From Candidatus Kuenenia stuttgartensis (GTDB lineage: Bacteria > Planctomycetota > UBA11346), in the NCBI GenBank assembly GCA_945872305.1, contig CAMCAC010000002.1, positions 1 through 52,901 of the forward strand: 52,901 nt of DNA, given 5' to 3'. The first letter of the stretch is position 1. The number at the start of each line of letters is the position of its first letter. Positions 50,069-52,901 of this stretch are shown in pieces. The notes beneath the pieces are model-generated. The model saw only the letters and a program-made list of their open reading frames with translations, was not told the origin of the DNA and made no database searches. The position numbers and the translations under genes were made by a program.

Positions 50069-50947
50069 CTACTCGACCACCGGCGCCTGGCCGCGCAGCA
50101 CCGAGTTGCCTTCGAACAGCACCCGCTGGTCGATCGGGGCACGGGTGGTCCAGTCCTCTTCCGCCATGCGACCGGACTGGCCGTAGGCAGCGAGGGCGTT
50201 GGCATAGCAGGTGGCGTGGATGTGCGCCGACGGGATCCCGCGCTCCGCCATCAGGCGGGCGGTCTTGGGCACCGCGAGGGGATCCGACACGCCCCAGTCG
50301 GCGCTCGAATCACAGATGATCCGTTCGGCGCCGAAGCGGCGCACGACCTCGACCATCCGCTCGCTGCCCATCTTGGTCTTGGGGTAGAGGGTGAACGCGG
50401 CCCAGAAACCGCGATCGAGCACCTCGCGCACGGTCTCCTCGGAGTTGTGGTCGACGATCACCCGGGACGGCGGCAGCCCGTGCTCCAGGGCGATGTCCAT
50501 GCTCCGGCTGGTGCCCCGGGTCTTGTCCCGGTGCGGGGTGTGGATCATCACCGGCAGGTCCGCCTGCTTGGCCAGTTCGAGCTGGGCCCGGTAGGCCCGT
50601 TCCTCGGCCGGGGTCTGGTCATCGAAACCGATCTCGCCCACCGCCACCACGCCGTCCTTGCCCAGCCAGAGCGGGAGGATCTCAAGGACCTCGGCGGCCA
50701 GCCGCTCGTCGTTGGCCTCCTTGGAATTCAGGCCGATGGTGCAGTAGTGGCGGATGCCGAACTGGCTGGCCCGGAAGCGCTCCCAGCCGACCAGGCTGGC
50801 GTAGTAATCGGTGAACGAGCCCACGCTGGTGCGCGGCTGGCCGAGCCAGAACGCCGGCTCGATGACCGCCACGACGCCGGCGGCGCGCATCGCCTCGTAG
50901 TCGTCGGTGGTGCGCGAGGACATGTGGATGTGCGGATCGATCAGCAT
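50069..50947 (-). CDS. eboB: TatD-family metal-dependent hydrolase, EboB-like
   Basis: MLIDPHIHMSSRTTDDYE...VIEPAFWLGQPRT...GWERFRASQFGI.HYCTIGLN...VAVGEIGFDD...HTPHRDK matches my memory of the ebo-cluster TatD hydrolase. The start is taken at the ATG at 50947 (7 nt after the eboA stop) rather than the tracked 50989. Confidence 0.7.
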   Translation of the reverse strand: MLIDPHIHMSSRTTDDYEAMRAAGVVAVIEPAFWLGQPRTSVGSFTDYYASLVGWERFRASQFGIRHYCTIGLNSKEANDERLAAEVLEILPLWLGKDGVVAVGEIGFDDQTPAEERAYRAQLELAKQADLPVMIHTPHRDKTRGTSRSMDIALEHGLPPSRVIVDHNSEETVREVLDRGFWAAFTLYPKTKMGSERMVEVVRRFGAERIICDSSADWGVSDPLAVPKTARLMAERGIPSAHIHATCYANALAAYGQSGRMAEEDWTTRAPIDQRVLFEGNSVLRGQAPVVE

Positions 50948-50954
50948 GGCGGAC

Positions 50955-51608
50955 TCACGGGCGGGGGGCGTGGCGGAAGAGGCGTTCATCGACGGGTCGG
51001 TGGGCGGCGGCGCGCTCCCGGGCGTAGTCGGCGAGCATGCGGCGCAGCCGCTCCGGCACCCGCCGGTCGAGCCCGGCGATGCGGTCGATGTCGGACGAGG
51101 TGAAGAACGCCTTGAGCACCAGCTGGCTCCACGCTTCGTCGTCGAACTGCTCGGCGGGATAGGGATTGTCCAGGGCCACCGCCTGGAACACCGGCAGCAT
51201 GTTGGAGCGCACCCCTTCCGCGGCCCGGGCCCGGAACCGGTCCGGCCCCGGCAGCAGGGGCAGGGCCAGGTACAGGGCGGTCAGTTCTTCGACCGTGCTC
51301 GCGCCGGCCAGCCGGTCGAGCTCCGCCAGCAATCGCTCGGTCGGAACCGCGAGCAGCAGCCGCACCCGGGCGCCCTGGTCCACGGTCCACCGGGACGGAT
51401 CCCAGCCGGGACGGACGGCCGCAGCGTCCGTCGCATCCGCCGTCAGCGGCCCCCGCCCGCAGCGCCGCCCAGCGGCGCCCCAGGCCAAGGCCATGGCCGT
51501 GGGATCCCCGGCCCGGGCGCAGGCGTCCGCCAGCCAGGGGGCACCGGGACTGGCAGCCAGCCAGCGGTCCAGGCAGTCAGCGGGGGTCATGGGGGCCAGC
51601 CTGGACAT
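50955..51608 (-). CDS. eboA: EboA-like protein
   Basis: 217 aa. The C-terminal half ALYLALPLLPGPDRFRARAAEGVRSNMLPVFQAVALDNPYPAEQFDDEAWSQLVLKAFF...GLDRRVPERLRRMLADYARERAAAHRPV matches the conserved EboA block as I recall it (LPLLP...RAAEG.RSNM..VF.A.AL.NPYP...AWNQ.VLKA). Its position directly upstream of the TatD gene fits eboA-eboB order. Confidence 0.6.
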   Translation of the reverse strand: MSRLAPMTPADCLDRWLAASPGAPWLADACARAGDPTAMALAWGAAGRRCGRGPLTADATDAAAVRPGWDPSRWTVDQGARVRLLLAVPTERLLAELDRLAGASTVEELTALYLALPLLPGPDRFRARAAEGVRSNMLPVFQAVALDNPYPAEQFDDEAWSQLVLKAFFTSSDIDRIAGLDRRVPERLRRMLADYARERAAAHRPVDERLFRHAPRP

Positions 51609-51670
51609 CCGCGACCCGCCCTCCAGCCCCCGGTGGCGCAGGATCCGCAGGCAGCGGATCCCGGGGCCGC

Positions 51671-52901
51671 CTAGCGGATGATCACCAGACCGGACCGGCC
51701 GAGGAAGGGCGCAAGCGCCGCGTCCTCGGCGATGGTGCCGGCGTCGGTGACCACAAGCCGGCGCAGGGGCGCGCCATTGACCCCGGCAAGGCCGGTCACC
51801 CCGTCGCTGCCGGCGAGATCGATCTCGGTCAGGGGCAGCCCCTTGAGGGCGGCGAGATCCCCGGTGAGCCGCCGGCAGCGGGCCAGGGCCAGACGTTCGA
51901 TGCGGCTCCCGGCCAGCGGCGACAGGTCGGTCACCCAGCCGTTGCCGGACAGGTCCAGCCGGCGGAGGGATGCACCTGGCAGGACCGCCAGGACGCCGCC
52001 CACGGCTCCCTCCTCCGGCTCGATCCGCGGGCAGTCCGACAGATCGAGTTCGGCCAGCGGCAGGTCGCGGATCGCGCCGATGCGCACCAGCCGGGACGAT
52101 CCGCCCAGGTCGAGCCGGGTCAGGGGCAGCCCCGACAGCCCGGTCAGCGAGGCGATGCCGGTCCCCCGGGCGAGCAGGATGCGCAGGGGCATGCCGTGCA
52201 GGGCGAGGAGATCCTTGCGCAATCCCGTGCAGCCGGAGATGTCGAGGGCGACCAGCCCGGCGCCTTCGATGCCGGTCAACCGCTCCAGGCTGGCACAGCC
52301 GCGCAGGCTCAGCTCGCGCAGGGGCTTGCCCCGGAGGATCTCCAACCCCCCATCGAGATCGTCGCAGCCGTCGAGGATCAGCCGTTCCAGCGGCGCCGAC
52401 TCCAGACCGCGCAGGTCATCGATGCCATCCAACCCGGTCAGGTCGAGGTCGCGCAGGGGCAACCCGGCAAGGGGCCGCAAGTCGTCGATCTTCCGGCAGC
52501 CCGCCAGGCTGAGGACCGCCACCGGCTGCCCGGCAAGGAGGCCGGGCTCCCGGAATCCCGGGGCGAGGCCGCGCACCGCCAAGGTGCCGTCGGGCCGGGC
52601 CGCCACGGTGGCCGCCGGGGATCCAGCCGCCTGGAGCCGGGCAGCCAGGGCCGCGGCGGCAGCGATGGCCTCCGGCGGGATGCGCACCACCGGCGGCGGC
52701 GAGGCCACCGGCCGTTGCGCCGGTTCGGCGGCGACCACTCCGGAGACGATGGCGGCGGTGGCGGCGCCTGTTGGGGTGACTGCGGTGGTGGCGGATCCCG
52801 TCACCGCCGAAACCGTACCGGGGGAACAAGGGACGAGCAGCGCCGTCGCTCCAGCACCCACCACCACCACCCCCGCAGCGAACCACGGCCAACGCCGGCG
52901 T
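51671..52901 (-). CDS. Leucine-rich-repeat protein, 5'-partial at the window edge
   Basis: About 11 repeats of ~23-24 aa (L.LsGc..l.dL..L.g.PL..LdL). The reading frame stays open upstream of the tracked GTG to the window end (..RRRWPWFAAGVVVVGAGATALLVPCSPG, signal/lipobox-like), so the true start is probably outside the window. Confidence 0.7.
   Translation of the reverse strand, partial: RRRWPWFAAGVVVVGAGATALLVPCSPGTVSAVTGSATTAVTPTGAATAAIVSGVVAAEPAQRPVASPPPVVRIPPEAIAAAAALAARLQAAGSPAATVAARPDGTLAVRGLAPGFREPGLLAGQPVAVLSLAGCRKIDDLRPLAGLPLRDLDLTGLDGIDDLRGLESAPLERLILDGCDDLDGGLEILRGKPLRELSLRGCASLERLTGIEGAGLVALDISGCTGLRKDLLALHGMPLRILLARGTGIASLTGLSGLPLTRLDLGGSSRLVRIGAIRDLPLAELDLSDCPRIEPEEGAVGGVLAVLPGASLRRLDLSGNGWVTDLSPLAGSRIERLALARCRRLTGDLAALKGLPLTEIDLAGSDGVTGLAGVNGAPLRRLVVTDAGTIAEDAALAPFLGRSGLVIIR

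Overview
Very GC-rich 52.9-kb chromosomal segment (third codon positions are almost all G/C, so every real gene is shadowed by long spurious ORFs in other frames). Gene content suggests a PVC-group bacterium (Planctomycetota/Phycisphaerae-like), but that is inference only. All family and domain calls were made by eye from motifs in the supplied translations; no search tools were used. I call 35 protein-coding genes (2 cut by the window edges), one tandem glycine riboswitch, two REP-like palindrome clusters, one heptad-repeat palindrome and a few hairpins. I saw no rRNA, tRNA, CRISPR array, transposase, integrase or phage genes. Housekeeping genes: ugd, accB-accC, gcvP, serS, a long-type purF, an SDR plus a PfkB sugar kinase, an asymmetric heterodimeric ABC exporter, a TerC-family protein, and Opp-like binding protein and permeases with no ATPase genes. 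The window is dense in signalling genes: two paralogous hybrid histidine kinases, a sensor-less HK with a REC::RsbW-like kinase, CheA-CheW, and a Ser/Thr kinase. The most unusual region is 13.8-24.7 kb. There, an orphan cheA-cheW pair sits in one co-oriented block with a DUF4388/PEGA/beta-propeller membrane giant and a TsaE::processive-GT2 fusion, and it converges on a Ser/Thr-kinase::FapA(DUF342) fusion. No MCP, CheY, CheB or CheR gene occurs anywhere in the window. I propose this as a candidate non-canonical chemosensory-like module linked to surface-polysaccharide synthesis; this is a hypothesis, not shown. Other oddities: a protein with an internal pilin-like module lacking a prepilin cleavage site, a stand-alone GspF/PilC-like mini-protein, an eboA-eboB pair followed by GH130 where eboC-F would normally follow, an untracked 56-aa microprotein gene, and structured repeats bracketing the SDR gene and filling the accB-accC spacer.
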